From: Eledone cirrhosa | Lineage: Eukaryota | Assembly: GCA_964016885.1 (NCBI GenBank) | Contig: OZ024740.1 | Span: 195,114,001 to 195,178,000 of the forward strand | Reading direction: 5' to 3' | Length of the DNA stretch: 64,000 nucleotides | In this document: piece after piece, positions 27,954 through 41,529 of the stretch | Layout: the number at the start of each line of letters is the position of its first letter | Position numbering within the stretch: position 1 is the stretch's first letter | Notes under the pieces: model-generated | Databases searched by the model: none | Told to the model about the DNA's origin: nothing | Seen by the model: only the letters and a program-made list of their open reading frames with translations | Position numbers and translations under genes: made by a program

Positions 27954-28792
27954 CTGAGAGAGACCATAAAATACAAAGAATTTAAAGACATTTTCAATCC
28001 TTTTGATACCAAACCAAGTGAAATTAGCACTGGTTCTATGAAACAAAACTGTTTGTTTGAAAGTGTTTATATTTATCTATAAACGTTCCATCATAATTTT
28101 ATGTAAGAACCTTTGTTATGTTCCAAACGTCAGCTTATTTACAATGAGAAAGTTATATTACTCTACATTTTTGAAAATCATAAACAGTGGTTATGGTAAT
28201 AAATGGGTTAACAAAATGATTCAAGAAGATTATTTCATTCTTAAGACTCCCACTACAAGACAGACTATATAGAATTAATAAGTGATTAATTGAGTTAAGG
28301 TTGACAGTGATTAATGATAAAGGGAGATAATATTTACAACTGTGTAATGAACCATCATTCTGGCAAATAAGCTTATATTCCCTCCCTTCAACTATAACAT
28401 AGTATCTTAGAAGTAAAATACAAGAAAAGCAATGCCATCAATGATTTGGAAAATGGAAAAAAATTTACTGATCTGTAGAAAACTGTCAGTTAGTATATTT
28501 ATCAAATGTAACTATGTAAATAACTACACTTCTCACTCAGAAAAATTGAAACAACAATACAGCAGGTGTAAAAAAATGAACACTTGAATATATTATATTG
28601 ATCACCCACAAACATATCAGAAAAACAGTGTCATCAGAAGAGAGAAGCTGAACGAAATATAATCAACAAGAAATTTGGTTCAAAATATGAATTTGTGTGT
28701 ATGTCTATGAATATATATATATATATATATATATTCATATATGTATATATACATAACACTCTCTTTATATATATAAATATATACATATAATA

Positions 28793-29183
28793 TCATCATC
28801 ATCATCATCATTTTACATCCACTTTTCCCTGCTTGCAAGGGTGGGACGGGAACTGATTCTGGCTTGATTTCTACAGCTGGATGCCCATCCTAACACCAAC
28901 CTCATTTACAGTGAATGCTGGGTGCTTTTTTTTCCGTGGTGCCTACACATCCACTTTACAGTGTGGGCTGGGTGCTTTTTTTGCCGTGGCACCTCCACAA
29001 CTACTTTGCAGTGGAATGATAGGGACCCCAGTCCTATCATCTCATTTATACAGCTGAGTAAACTGGAGCAATGTGAAATAAAGTGTCTTGCTCAAGGAAA
29101 CAACACATCACCCGGTCTGAGAATTGAACTCACAACCTTTCGATTGCAAGGCCAATGCTCTAACCACTAAGCCATGTGCCTCC
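28793..29183 (-). mobile_element. SINE family A
   Basis: Full reverse-complement copy with a (CAT)n tail. Confidence 0.85.
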
Positions 29184-30051
29184 ATTATATATATATAATA
29201 TATAATATATATATAATATATATATAATAAATATATAATATATAAAGAGATGAAAAGCACTTGTGAATTAGAATACGGTGGCATTTGAAAATTTTGAAAA
29301 TAGAATTAATAGTTTTCACCCATAGGTTAGCATACTTATCATGAAAATAAGAGATGTGGATTTGATTCCCAACTTGAGTTGTGACATGAATGAAAGTTTA
29401 AATATTGGTGTGGTATCTTTTTATAAAATATGTCAGGCCATAAAGATCCATGGTAATATACTCAAGACATTTTGTCCATCTGTCTAAAGATTCCTTTGAT
29501 TACACATTAAAACATTGAGGAAAGCCTTTATGTAATCAATTAGCTGGTAGAAATAGCAGTCAAATCTCTCCCAAGTCACATCCTATACAGGGCCTTCTCA
29601 CTCCGGTTGGAAAAACCCCTCCCTGGTTGACCTCCACTACTTTCTGTTTGGTTTTGGTCATGTCAGACATGTAGTTATACTCACCACACTTGACTAATTG
29701 TAGGTTAGTGAGTCTACTTAACTCATTGTTGGAATGGATGGATACTGACTCTGTGCAAAGGCAGATGAACCCTCAGAGTTACATGGTACCAGTAGCAGTC
29801 AGAAGCCTGACCTGACCATAAAGTCATATACCACCATCTTTAAAAAGGGAAACACATATAAAATAATTGTTTCTACTTTTGGCACAAGGCCAGCAATTTC
29901 CCACTGTATTACTGGTACTTTATTTTATCGACCAGGTAAGGATGAAAGGCAAAGTTAACCTCGGCGGATAAAATAATGTAGTCTTAGATGTCTCCCACAA
30001 AAATGCTGGCATGATCATGGATGCAATGTCTTTGGGCATACCTATTTTGTT

Positions 30052-30601
30052 CAGAACATTGACCACCTAGAAACTGTTCAGGGACGTGCAACCAAGCGAA
30101 TACCCTCCATCAGGCATCTACCATCCTCTGAATGCCTTGCTTCCCAGGGTATGGATACATTGAAGCTCCGACGCCTGGCAACTGACTTGGTAAACACCCA
30201 CAAAATGATTAACCATCTTGCCAACAACAACCCTGAGTACCTTTTTGATTTCCATGTGTCTAACACATGTGGGCATGCCAACAAAGTCAGAAAACAGCAC
30301 AGCTCCCATGATTTTCAGAAATAATTGTTCACGCTCAGAGTTGCTGAAGCATGGAACAAACTACCTGCATCAGTTGTTAGCTGTCAAGACGCTGCATCCT
30401 TTAAAACCTCCATGCTTCCTGAGATTTGCCAACACTACACCAAATATTCCCCCTCCATACACACGCACATATGTATATCATGACTCATACACTATCCACT
30501 TCCCTGACATTTGTATATTATTCTATGTACTATACATGCACATTTGATGAGTTGTAGTGCACCTAAGCACTGTACACAATAATTTCATTATTACTATTAT
30601 A
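30052..30601 (+). mobile_element. CR1-group LINE 3' fragment (ORF2 C-terminus, 3'UTR, (TTA)n tail)
   Basis: Translation NIDHLETVQGRATKRIPSIRHL..LKLRRLATDLVNTHKMI..TCGH..LFTLRVAEAWNKLPASVV..FK matches the CR1 ORF2 C-terminal motifs (LE.VQRRATK, RR.R.DL...YK, TRGH, WN.LP). Confidence 0.85.
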
Positions 30602-30727
30602 CTGCACGGCAGGGTTCATGACATAGAGCTAAAAAACAATATATCTTCTGTGAACCTAATTCTGAATTCCCTGAAATTATGTTTCCTTTTCTTTGAGATT
30701 TGCTAACAGTTTCAGCTAAGATTTTAA

Positions 30728-30925
30728 ATTATAATAATGAAAATTATAGTGTACAGTGTTCAGGTGCACTACAACTCATCAAATGTGCATTTATAGTAAT
30801 AGAATAATGTACAAATGTCAGGAAAGTGAACAGTGTATGAGTCATGATATACACACAGATACATGCATGTGCATGGAGGGGGAATATCAGGTGCAGTGTT
30901 GGCGAATTTAGGGACGCATGGAAGC
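30728..30925 (-). mobile_element. CR1 3'UTR fragment, inverted relative to the neighbouring copy
   Basis: Reverse complement of about 30408-30600. Confidence 0.8.
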
Positions 30926-32557
30926 GGTAAATTCTAATTCAATGAGAGCTTTTTGTTTATATTGCTCAGTTCATTCCTACCTGACTAAACTTTCTAAATC
31001 CATGCCATTGGCTTACCTCGATTATTTACCTTAGTTTATTCTTTTGTAATTATGCAAATTACATCTGTAACTATTTAAAACTGGATTTAATTTTCTTACT
31101 CCAACTAATTTCAATTCATTGAGAATTGTTTGCATGCACCATTCAGTACATTCCCTCTTGCCTGAATTATATTAAAAAACCATATGTGTATAACTATATA
31201 ATTGCAAACATGAACTCACATGAACATACGTATATGTGCATCTATGTACATGTCAGTCTATAAGTGTGTGAGTGTGTGAGTGTGTGCATGTGTACACATA
31301 TGTATGAGTATTATTAAGCTTTATAGGCATGTTTCAATAGACACTAATATATATATGTATGTGTGTACTTTTGTCATCTATTTGCTGTTATGTGCATGTA
31401 TATATGTGTGTGTATGTCCGTGTACATATATAGAGAGAGAGGTGGCGAGAGAGAGATGTGACTGTGTGAGATGAGTATGAATGGGCATGTGTGCATGCAT
31501 GTATATGCTTTAGTTTTCTTTAAAACATATATGTTTATGCAAGAGAAAAACAGAGAAAGAGAAAGTAAGAGAGAAGAAACAAGGTAGAGAGAGAATTCTT
31601 GAGACCCTGGACCAATTGACTACCTTATTTTCTCAGTGTTTCAATTCCATTTATCACAAAACACCTACCATTTCACAGATAAACAGGTCCTATATAAACA
31701 GTATAAGTAATAGCTGCTTCCCAATGAAAACAATCATTGCTTCCTTCAAATTGGTAAATGAAGTAAACACTATCAATATGTTTTTTATATTGTTTAGTGA
31801 TTAAATTCCTTCTTTTTTTGTGTGTGTGGGGGGGGGGGGGGGGTAAAGAGACAAAGACACACAATCCTATGTTCCAGTTAGAGCTGTTTACAACATGCAC
31901 TGCCAGTCATTTCACACTAGATTCAACTGCAAACATATTGATTTTTTTATCTGATAAGGCACAAAACTAATCTTTTAAAATAGTATCTGGGGGAAATTTC
32001 CCATAGTCATTTTCTGCTTGAAGATCATACAGTTAAATGATGGTTCATATACTTAATTTAGTAAATCCCCTGATCTTTGGCAAGTGTGGTGACAACACCA
32101 AGCATGTTTTGGCCTTATTAAACCTCATCAGCAAAGCAGCAAAGCATAATCTTACTAGCATAGTATAATTTGTTAAAGTTTTACCAATGAAGTCATACTG
32201 TAGTATGATTATGTCTTTAGTTTCACTCTATGGTTAAAATAGAGTGAGCTATAGTTAAAATAGAGTTTACTTCTTGATGTCATGTTCCAGGTTCCAATTT
32301 TTACGGTATGCTCCCTCTCGACCCATTTTGGGATCTCGGAATATGTAATCTTTGTGCACCCATCCCACAGGCCCATTGACAATTTTTACAGCACGAGAAG
32401 GAGACTACAATATATTTTTCAAACAGGCCCCTCTACCTAAGGCCTGGATGTGTCCCCTCTAACCCGCACAAAGGGCGATGCCATATGAATGCAGAAGAAC
32501 ACTTATTGATATAAAGATAAAAATAGTTCTCAAGGCAGAAAAGATGATGAGACCTTC

Positions 32558-32780
32558 GTTTTCTTCTTCTCCTCCTTCACCCGCATATTCCTGGGAAGGT
32601 TGTGGGATTAGATCCCTCAAACATTCCTTCAACGGGTCCTGTCAGAAGCAACTGTCTCTAATTGATATAGCTGGATCATCCCCAAGCGAGACCATCCAAA
32701 CTCATGGATGTTATTTATTGAACCATCTTGCTCAGAGTCTACACCTGGTTTTCATGTCAGTTGGCTTTTGCTCATAATGA
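32558..32780 (-). mobile_element. RTE-clade (Expander/Rex3-like) LINE 3' fragment
   Basis: Homologous to 63755-63962; RW..NIHE..W.RLG motif and (GAA)n tail on the minus strand. Confidence 0.55.
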
Positions 32781-33448
32781 GTGTTTAACAAACATTGTAG
32801 TTTTCAAAGCTATTCTCTCAAAGGGCTTCACCTTTATTACTATCCATGCGTACTTTACACAATCTCAAGAATGAAGTGCTTCAGAAATAAAATTTCAAAA
32901 GAAATTAATTTTTCATGGTTCTCTATAAACTTCCAACAATCTTATACTTTTCAAAATAACCACAGAATTAACATGGGTAATACTCCAGGTTTTTCCAGGA
33001 ATGAATAAACAAAATCCCAGGGCTCTATTGCTTACTGAATATGGTGGAACACATCAGACAGATCGGACAAAGGAAACAATGTTTCCATTGGTTGATACTA
33101 TCTCTCAGTCACAATTCCTGGCAAAAGCTGCAACATGAAATAAATCATATTGCTCAAGGACACAACGCATAACTTGGCCCAAGAATCAAACTCACAACCT
33201 CACAATTGTGAATCCAATTCTCTAACCACTAAGCCATGCACCTTCACTAGTAATACTAGTAGTAAATTATTTAAAGAACATAATAGTGCACTTCAACTGA
33301 ATAGCTAAGATAATTTTACAATCACAAGGTTCCAGATTTGATCTTTGTAAATGGTATATTGGGTGTCTTTTACCATAACATTGAGTTGACTCATCTTGTG
33401 AGAGATATTCAGTAGATGGAAACTATGTAAAGACATGTCAGTTGGATT

Positions 33449-33755
33449 CATCATCATCATCATCATCGTTTTTTGTTTATTTTTCCACACTTGCATGGGT
33501 TTGACAAGTCTTTTTCAGCAAAGCATCTTTCCACTTGTGTTCTTTTGTCATCTCCTTTGAGTGATTTGAGATCAGCTCTCACCACCTCCACCCAGGTCTT
33601 CCTTGGTCTATTTCTAGCTGTGGCTTCTTACAACTGGGATTTCCTGGCACATTTTCACCCAGTGACCATCATCCATATGCATCATATGTCCATACCAATG
33701 CAGTCTTCTCTTTTGCATACCACTTCGGATTACTCTTAAACCCAGTTTCTCATAT
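33449..33755 (-). mobile_element. RTE LINE 3' fragment
   Basis: Minus strand RRLHWYGHMMHMDD..RPRKTW, then (ATG)n tail. Confidence 0.7.
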
Positions 33756-33959
33756 TCTACTTGTAATTTAAAGGTTCAGCTTTGTCATAAAGCTATGTTT
33801 ATTCTATCTGAGGATTACATTAAGAGTACATGTATCTGTTGAATACTCAGCCACTTACATTCTGATTCCATGAGCATGGAGTTAAATTGATTGAACAACT
33901 GGAATGATTATTATCAAAGTGGATGAAGATCTATTTACTTATATTATTTAATAAACATA

Positions 33960-34152
33960 GGGGGTTGGTTTGGCAGTATCGGTAGAGCATCAGAAACCAT
34001 GCTTTTCAGCATAGAGTTATGGCCCATTACGTTCTGAGTTCAAATCCCGCTGAGATTAGCTTTGCCTTTCATCCTTATGGGGTCGATAAATAAAGCACTA
34101 GTAATGCACTGGGGTAATTGCTGGCCTTGTGCCAAAAGTAGAAACAATTATT
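33960..34152 (+). mobile_element. SINE family M
   Basis: Full-length copy. Confidence 0.8.
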
Positions 34153-34937
34153 CAATAAATACAGCACTCACTGTAAATGAGGTTGGTGTTAGGAAGGGCA
34201 TCCAGCTGTAGAAATCAAGCCAGAATCAGTTCCCGTCCCACCCTTGCAAACAGTGGACATAAAATGATGATGATGATGATGATGATGAAGGGTGATGGAT
34301 TGGCTCAGTTGTTACAACATTAGACACATGCTTAGCAATATTTGTTCTGGTTCTTTACATTCTGAGTTCAAATCTTGCCAAGGTAAATTTTGTATTTCAT
34401 CCTTCCGAAGTAGATAAAATAAGTACAAGTGAGGTACTGTGGTAGTGGAGGCATGTAGTCTGGTGGTAAGTGTGTTGAACTTACTATAGTATTTTTGCAT
34501 GAAAATACTATAGTAAATATAGAGTAATGTAAATGGTAAGAAATGTAATTTGATACCTGATAATCGTTGTGATTTTACAAACTCTAGAGTTTGAGAAATG
34601 CTCATATGTAATAAACACCATCTGCCTCACTGATATTTGGTCCTAATAAATTTAGTAGTTTATCTCATGGACAAATCATCATCATCATCGATTAACATCT
34701 ATCTTCCACACTAGCATGGGTTAATCGGGTTTGTCTAATTTAGAGGTAAGTTAGGTTGGATGACCATCTTTCGCTCATCTAGGAGTGTTTCTAGCTGGTT
34801 TTCTATGACTAGATGCCCTTCCTAATGCCAACCACATTGACAGTGTGTGCTGGGTGCCTTTTCTCGTGACACCTACACAATCACTTTATAGTGTGGGCTG
34901 GATGTTTTGTGGTACCAGCATAATATACATATATATA

Positions 34938-35831
34938 CAGGGTGTGGACGATATTTGTTCACAATTTTCAACTGCTAATTTTATGCAAATTTTTTTTACT
35001 TCCGTTGTCACTCTTGTCTTCATAAAAACAGTGAGTATAGTTCCATTATTTATTTTCAGAATAATTGATTATGAATAATTTTGAACCTCCAAATGTGTGG
35101 AAGAGACACGGAGTTCTTCTTGGAATCTGCGCCGGGAGGACAATTAAGGAAATTTCAAACTTTCTCAGCATCAGCAGGAGAATGGTGTCTCATCCAAAGA
35201 CGTGCCTAGAGTCATGCAGACAAAGTTTCCCGCGACAACACATTGGTCTTAGGTGTCGTCAGCAGTCAAGGTGACGTCATGCCACCTCACTTCTTCCCTG
35301 AGGGCCTCAAGCTGAACACCGATGGCTACATCCGCGTTCTGAGTGAGGTAGTAAAGCCCTGGATCGACCAGGTAGCTGCAGGTAGGCCGTACGTGTGGCA
35401 GCAAGACTCAGCACCCTACCATACCAGCCGAAAGACCCAAGCCTGGCTGTCAGAGAACTTCGTCGACCACACTTCACCTGACATCTGGCCTCCCAGCTCG
35501 CCTGACTGCAACCCCCTCGACTTCTTTGTGTGGGGCACAGTGGAACGAGACACCAACAGATCTAGCTGCAATACGAAAGACGATCTGAAGGCCAGGATCA
35601 CAAGTGCCTTTAGGGGCCTAAGTTAGGGGACAGTGACGAAGGCCTGTAGCCGGTTCCGAGGCCGCCTTGAGGCAGTCATCAAAGCCAATGGCGAGTTTAT
35701 TAAGTGAGATTGAAAGAACAAGTCATGAAGACAAACTGACCCAAGTTTGATAAATATATCTTAAAAAATAAAACTACTCTGTTATTTTTTCCTAGACAGT
35801 AATCTTGCGAACAAATATCGTCCGCACCCTG
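34938..35831 (+). mobile_element. Tc1/mariner-superfamily transposon, DD37D (maT-type), internally deleted
   Basis: TIRs CAGGGTG(T/C)GGACGATATTTGTTC(A/G)CAA with TA on both sides. Transposase remnant WQQDSAPYH...WPPSSPDCNPLD has 37 residues between the second and third catalytic Asp. Confidence 0.9.
35243..35626 (+). pseudogene. DD37D transposase C-terminal fragment
   Basis: GVVSSQGDVMPPHFF..LN...Y..VL...VKPW..WQQDSAP.H..WPPSSPDCNPLDFFVWG. The first catalytic D and most of the HTH are missing; premature stop. Confidence 0.85.
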
Positions 35832-35989
35832 TATATATATATATATATATATACATGCACATATGATAATGATATACACATATATATATTTGCATTCATA
35901 TACATATACTATATATGTAATATACATACACATCATACATACATATATACACTTCATATATATACACACATAAATATATCATCAACCTC

Positions 35990-36670
35990 ATTGATTAGCA
36001 TCCATCATTCATGGGTAGGACAGATTGACCTTTGTTTAGTTCACCTGGGGCAGATTTTGGCTAGGTTTCTACAGCTGGATGCCCTTCCTACTGCATTTAC
36101 AGTGTGTGCTGGGTGCTTTTTGTCATGTCACCTACATGACCACATTACAGTGTGGACTGGGAACTTTTTGTTGTGACACCTACAAAACCACTTTACAGTG
36201 GGGCCTGGGCACTTTTGACTTAGGACTAGAGAGGGGGGAGGAAGCTTGGGGAAAATGTGGACAGGGTAGTAGAGGAGGTATGGTTTCTGCTAAGGGAGGT
36301 GAATGAGAGGGAACAGAAGATTGACGAAGGTGTTGCCTACTAGGTATAAGCCTCAGCCTGAGAATAACAGAGAACGGGTCTTCTGTAAAACTGCATAGCG
36401 CCAGAATTTGCGATCCTGTGTCATTGCCTTTGAGAGGTGTAATTGTGCAAGGTTAGCTTTTATTACCTCATCCCAGGTTTTGCTAGGCCTGCCCATACCA
36501 TGGCTACCATCGACTTTGAGCACTCTGCACCTTATTATACAGCTGTCATCCTTCATACGCATAATATGTCCATACCAATGCAATCTCCCCTCCTATATGC
36601 CACATATGCCTAATTTCTCACGCAGTATACTTATACTTCGCCATTCATGTATATTGCTATTGCACATCCA
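35990..36670 (-). mobile_element. RTE LINE 3' fragment with 3'UTR
   Basis: ORF 36353-36583 reads HWYGHIMRM..GRPSKTWDEVIK..DRKFWR. The 3'UTR carries GTAGGAAGGGCATCCAGCTGTAGAAA, shared with the family A SINE tail. Confidence 0.8.
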
Positions 36671-37104
36671 GAATAATTAATATTCTTTCCTGAATTCACT
36701 AAAGTATTTTATTTTATTTTATGAGTTAGAGGTTAGTTCATTAAAGAGTCATTTCATTAAATTAGAGAGGAGGGAAAAAGGGTTGAAAACAAACAATTTA
36801 GCTCTCCTCCATCCTCACCTTATTCCCTGCTTTATTTTTTCATTAGCAATAAACTATAAAATGTGTCAAGCATTTTTTTTTAAATTAAATATTTACACCT
36901 GAAAGGATAAAGTAAACAGATATACAGATATAATGTTGTAATTATTATTATAATTTCTTTTATTTTTCATTTTTTTACTAAAAAGACAACTTTAGAAGGT
37001 CAAAATGTTTAATATCAAGGAAACATTTCTGAGATTAATTAATTGCTATTCTCTTTCAGGCACAATTTCCTATATTTCTGACATGAAAAAATGTGTCAAA
37101 GATG

Positions 37105-37159
<55 letters not shown>

Positions 37160-38327
37160 GCCTGAAATTTTGCCTAAAAAGATAATATACATTGAAAGAA
37201 AGAAAAACATATTTTAAGAAGCACGAATTTGATGATTTTATATATATATATATATATATAAAATCATCTTTGACACATTTTTTCATGTCAGAAATATAGG
37301 AAATTTTGCCTGAAAGAGAATGGCAATTAATTAATCTCAGAAATGTTTCCTTGGTGTTAAAAATTTATATATACACATATACATATACATATACATATAT
37401 ATATTTTTTATTTTACTTTTTTTTTTTTATATTTTTCCCAATTAAAATGTCTGAATGACAGCCTAAAATGATGATACTTCGGTAAACTTTACATTTATAT
37501 TTCAATACCTAATCTCCTACATTATTATTATTATTGTTGTAGTTGTTTTCTTTTCTATTTAGTATCCTACAAAACATCAAATTCTTGCTTCTTAAAATAT
37601 ATTATTCTTTCTTTCAATGTATATTATCTTTTTATGAGAGCCTTATGGAAATTCTTTGCACATCAATATGTATTATTGTTGACCTTTCGGACTCTTTCAA
37701 ATCATTTCAGATGATTTGACAGCTAATTGAACTGAAGTATAGAGAATTAAGTTTGCTGTCCAAATACTCAATAAAATGCATTCAGACGATTTGAACTCAA
37801 GACCTTTGTGTTGATAACCCAATAGTTAACATAGATTTCTGACAAAAACACGATGTACAATAAAGATGAGATGTTTATGTCTTGCAAAGAGAAAAAAAAA
37901 AGAAAAAAAACAATGAAATAATTTACTAATTGACTACCTCCTAAAACATAGATATGTCCAAGTAAAACAGATGTCAAATAATCAAACATAAGCGCGAATC
38001 CGACACTTCCAGTCACTGCCACTATATGAATAATCAAGACAAAAAAATCCACACACATATACAACACTCCAGAAAACACTTCCATAAAAATGCATACACA
38101 TAGAAATAGGTGCAGCCTCATTTGGCCCACTTACTATGATAGGATACACACTTCCAATGTTAAGTGAAAAAACAATTGTAATGTTCTCACTACGTCCACC
38201 TTGTCTGCCTCTGCTGTGATCACCAGAATTTACTAATGCACAGTAACAGACTGGATAGTGGAAAGAGTGAAACATGTCGCGACTGTCCTCTTGTACCTCA
38301 TATGATTCCTCACTGTAAGTCAGCATT

Positions 38328-38620
38328 GAAGGTGTGTGGCTTAGTGGTTAGGGTAATTGGTGCACAATCCTAGGGTCATGAGTTCGATTCCAGGTGGTAC
38401 ATTGTGTCCTTGAGCAAGACATTTTATTTCACATTGCTCCAGTCCACTCAGCTGATAAAAATGGGTTGTACCTGCAATTCAAAGTGCCAGTCATGTCAGA
38501 GTGTCATGGTGAATCTCCATTAAGGGAATGATCAGCCACTTGCATGTTTATTTTATGAGCAGGCAAACCCATTGATCAAACCAACTACTAGAACACTCAT
38601 CGGTTGAACCAACAGAGTGC
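38328..38620 (+). mobile_element. tRNA-derived CORE-like SINE (family C body)
   Basis: A-box TGGCTTAGTGG, B-box GAGTTCGATTCC, CORE-like domain, different 3' body. Confidence 0.7.
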
Positions 38621-38839
38621 TAGTATATCAGCATATTCAGTATGGTTTTCAACTCAATAAAGTCATGATACATCTGAAACAATAGATCTGTAGATCACAG
38701 GGTTATTCAGTTGACTACCTGCATACCATAGACCAGCTCAATCAAGACTGAATTCAGGTTAGACAACAAAAAGAACAACACTTTCTTAATGGCAGCAATC
38801 ATTTTACCTTTAGCTCTCTTTCAGAACATTTCAAAATCA

Positions 38840-39180
38840 TTTTACGCCTGTTGTTCCACACATGCATGGATTGGATAGGTCCTTCTCAGTACAACATCTT
38901 TCCACTTGTCGCATTCCTTTGACATCTTCTCTGTGAGCTTTAGCAATCTGAGATCAGCTCTCACCACTTCCATCCAGGTCTTTCTTGGTCATCCTCTACT
39001 GCAGCTTCCTTCCACTGGGATTATTTGGCACTTCTTCACCAGCAATCATCATCCATGCACATCACATATCCATACCAACACACTACTTCTGATTCCTCTT
39101 AAACCTAGTTTCTCCCTCAGTTCATCCATGCTTTGTCATTCTTGATCATTAACAATGCACATCACACACAGGCATCATAC
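38840..39180 (-). mobile_element. RTE LINE 3' fragment
   Basis: Homologous to 33449-33755 (PRKTWMEVVRADL on the minus strand). Confidence 0.65.
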
Positions 39181-39436
39181 AGCCAACTTTTCACTCACAG
39201 AGAGAAACCCTTTGTTATTAGCAGGAGTATAAAGGAAGTAGGAATAGTTTGTATTTATTCCAAGAAATGTGATTTGGTGAGAATTGTAAATAAATTATTA
39301 GAAATAAGAGAAGTTGAGGTCTAGTTTAATAATTCAGCATTTACATGTGATAGAATATATTTTAGAACTTGCTATCAAATTATAGAATGGAGACATTTTT
39401 GCCTGAGAATGAGCCTAGTTCTATGATTTGTATTAA

Positions 39437-39629
39437 TCCTTTAGAATTTACATTACTCTAAATTTACACAGTAAAGGCTTTACTTCATACAATTATTTCA
39501 CATATTATCGAATCTATGAAATTTTATAACAATAACTTAACATCAGTATGAGTGGCCGGTTACAGCTGGTTTGAACAGAAAGAGGTGAGAGAATTCTGGC
39601 TGGATATGGCCAGTTTAAATGCTAAAAGG
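39437..39629. mobile_element. piggyBac-type MITE (family P1)
   Basis: TTAA-flanked; homologous to 22142-22343. Confidence 0.7.
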
Positions 39630-41195
39630 TTAAAATATTTATATTTAAATTATTAAAACCTCCGATCATAATTTAACTTAAGAATCTTTCATTAAATTAT
39701 GTTCCAAATACTGGCTCAACATAGCAATTAATGAAAATGTTAGATATTTTAATAAATCTTTCCAAATTATTAATTATTTCCAAGATTAACTACAACTTAG
39801 AACTGTGTATTTCTTCTACACGTCCATCACTCCTACACAAACATATTTACAAATAAATTTCTAACAAAGCTTACAATAGCTGTAAGCTAGCTTAAAACTC
39901 CTCCTAATCATATTGATTAGTGGTCTGGCACCTGAACCTCATAACCACTGAATGACAAGGATGTCTCAGTGAAGATTAGAATGAGATTTATAGCTAGTTA
40001 TTCCCAAAGGAGGAGGAAATTACAGAAGTTTTGAAAACTAATTGGCAAAGTAATATAAGAGTTACAGAAGATGATCAATGTGATACTGAATCGAAATGAA
40101 ATTAATATCAATGGCATAACAATTTGGTTTCATGCCAAAACATGACACAACAAATGTCACTTCTCTCTGATATGAAAACTGCACAGAAAACTTCTGATGT
40201 AAAATTCTGATGTAAGAATTAGTCAAACAACTTTTGCTATTTCTGCTGTTATTACATTTCAATCAATATAAATACACAAGCCAATTTTATTTGCCATGTT
40301 TATTTGATCTGTTTTGTTTTGTCTTGTTTTTTAAGTGTTGTTTGGTTCGAAGTGAGCTGTTATCAAGATCTATGATCAAAAATGTTCTCACCATGACAAT
40401 CTTCCCATTTTTAAAATTTTCAAATAAATGTATCTTTTTCAGTATCTGTTTATCTTATGAGATATGTAACTACACAGAGAAAGCTTTGCTTCTCTTTCAG
40501 TTAGTAGAGCATGATGAAACTCACCAGTGCTGGGCTAGTACTTCAGCTATCAACTCTCAATGGATGAAAAATTAAATTGACCTTAACAGAATTTGAACTC
40601 AGAGCACAAAGAGCTGGAACAAATATTGCCATGTATTCTATCTGATGGTTACAATGACTGTATCGCAATGCAATTGATAAAATTTGAATAATTATTTCCA
40701 GTTCTAAAAATTGGAAAATACTTCTTAAACCATTTTTCTTCCTTTCAAAGAATTAAAAATATCAATTTCAAACATTTCAAGAACATAATTTTAATTTTGA
40801 TTTATCTATTTATTCATTTAATATCGGGGCAGTGTGAGATGGGGTTGAAGTGTTTTCCGCAATATAGTCAAGTTTTCAGCTATCTGAAGTTAAAATTATT
40901 CGTTTATCAATGTTTATAAACCAATGTAGCTGCCAATTTATTTAAAGAGTGTTATATTTATTCAAAGAAAATGTAATTTGCCTACTCTATTTATTCCTCT
41001 TCCATATTTAACCATATAAATATACACTCACACAAATATTCATCAATTTATCAATAATATGCATGTGTGAAAGTATGATGTTATATATATATAAATATCA
41101 AATATATATATAATTTATATATTATGTTTTATATATATACATATATATATATCATATATATATATAATTTATATATTATATGTTTTATATATATA

Positions 41196-41529
41196 TCATC
41201 ATTCATCATCATTTCATTTTACGTCCGCTTTTTCCCTGCTTGCAAGGGTGGGACGGGAACTGATTCTGGCTTGATTTCTACAGCTGGATGCCCTTCCTAA
41301 CACCAGCCTCATTTACAGTGTGTGCTGGGTGCTTTTTTGCCGTGGCACCTCCACGACCACTTTGCAGTGGAATGATAGTAGGGACTCCAGTTCCTATCAT
41401 CTCATTTCTACAGCTGAGTAAACTGGAGCAAAGTGTCTTGCTCAAGGAAACAACACATCACCCGGTCTGAGAATTGAACTCACAACCTTTCGATTGCAAG
41501 GCCAATGCTCTAACCACTAAGCCATGTGC
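41196..41529 (-). mobile_element. SINE family A
   Basis: Reverse-complement copy inserted in a TA-rich tract. Confidence 0.85.

Noticed and set aside
37768-38326. Overlapping minus-strand ORFs in unique sequence
   Set aside because: No recognisable domain, and splice signals are equally plausible on both strands.
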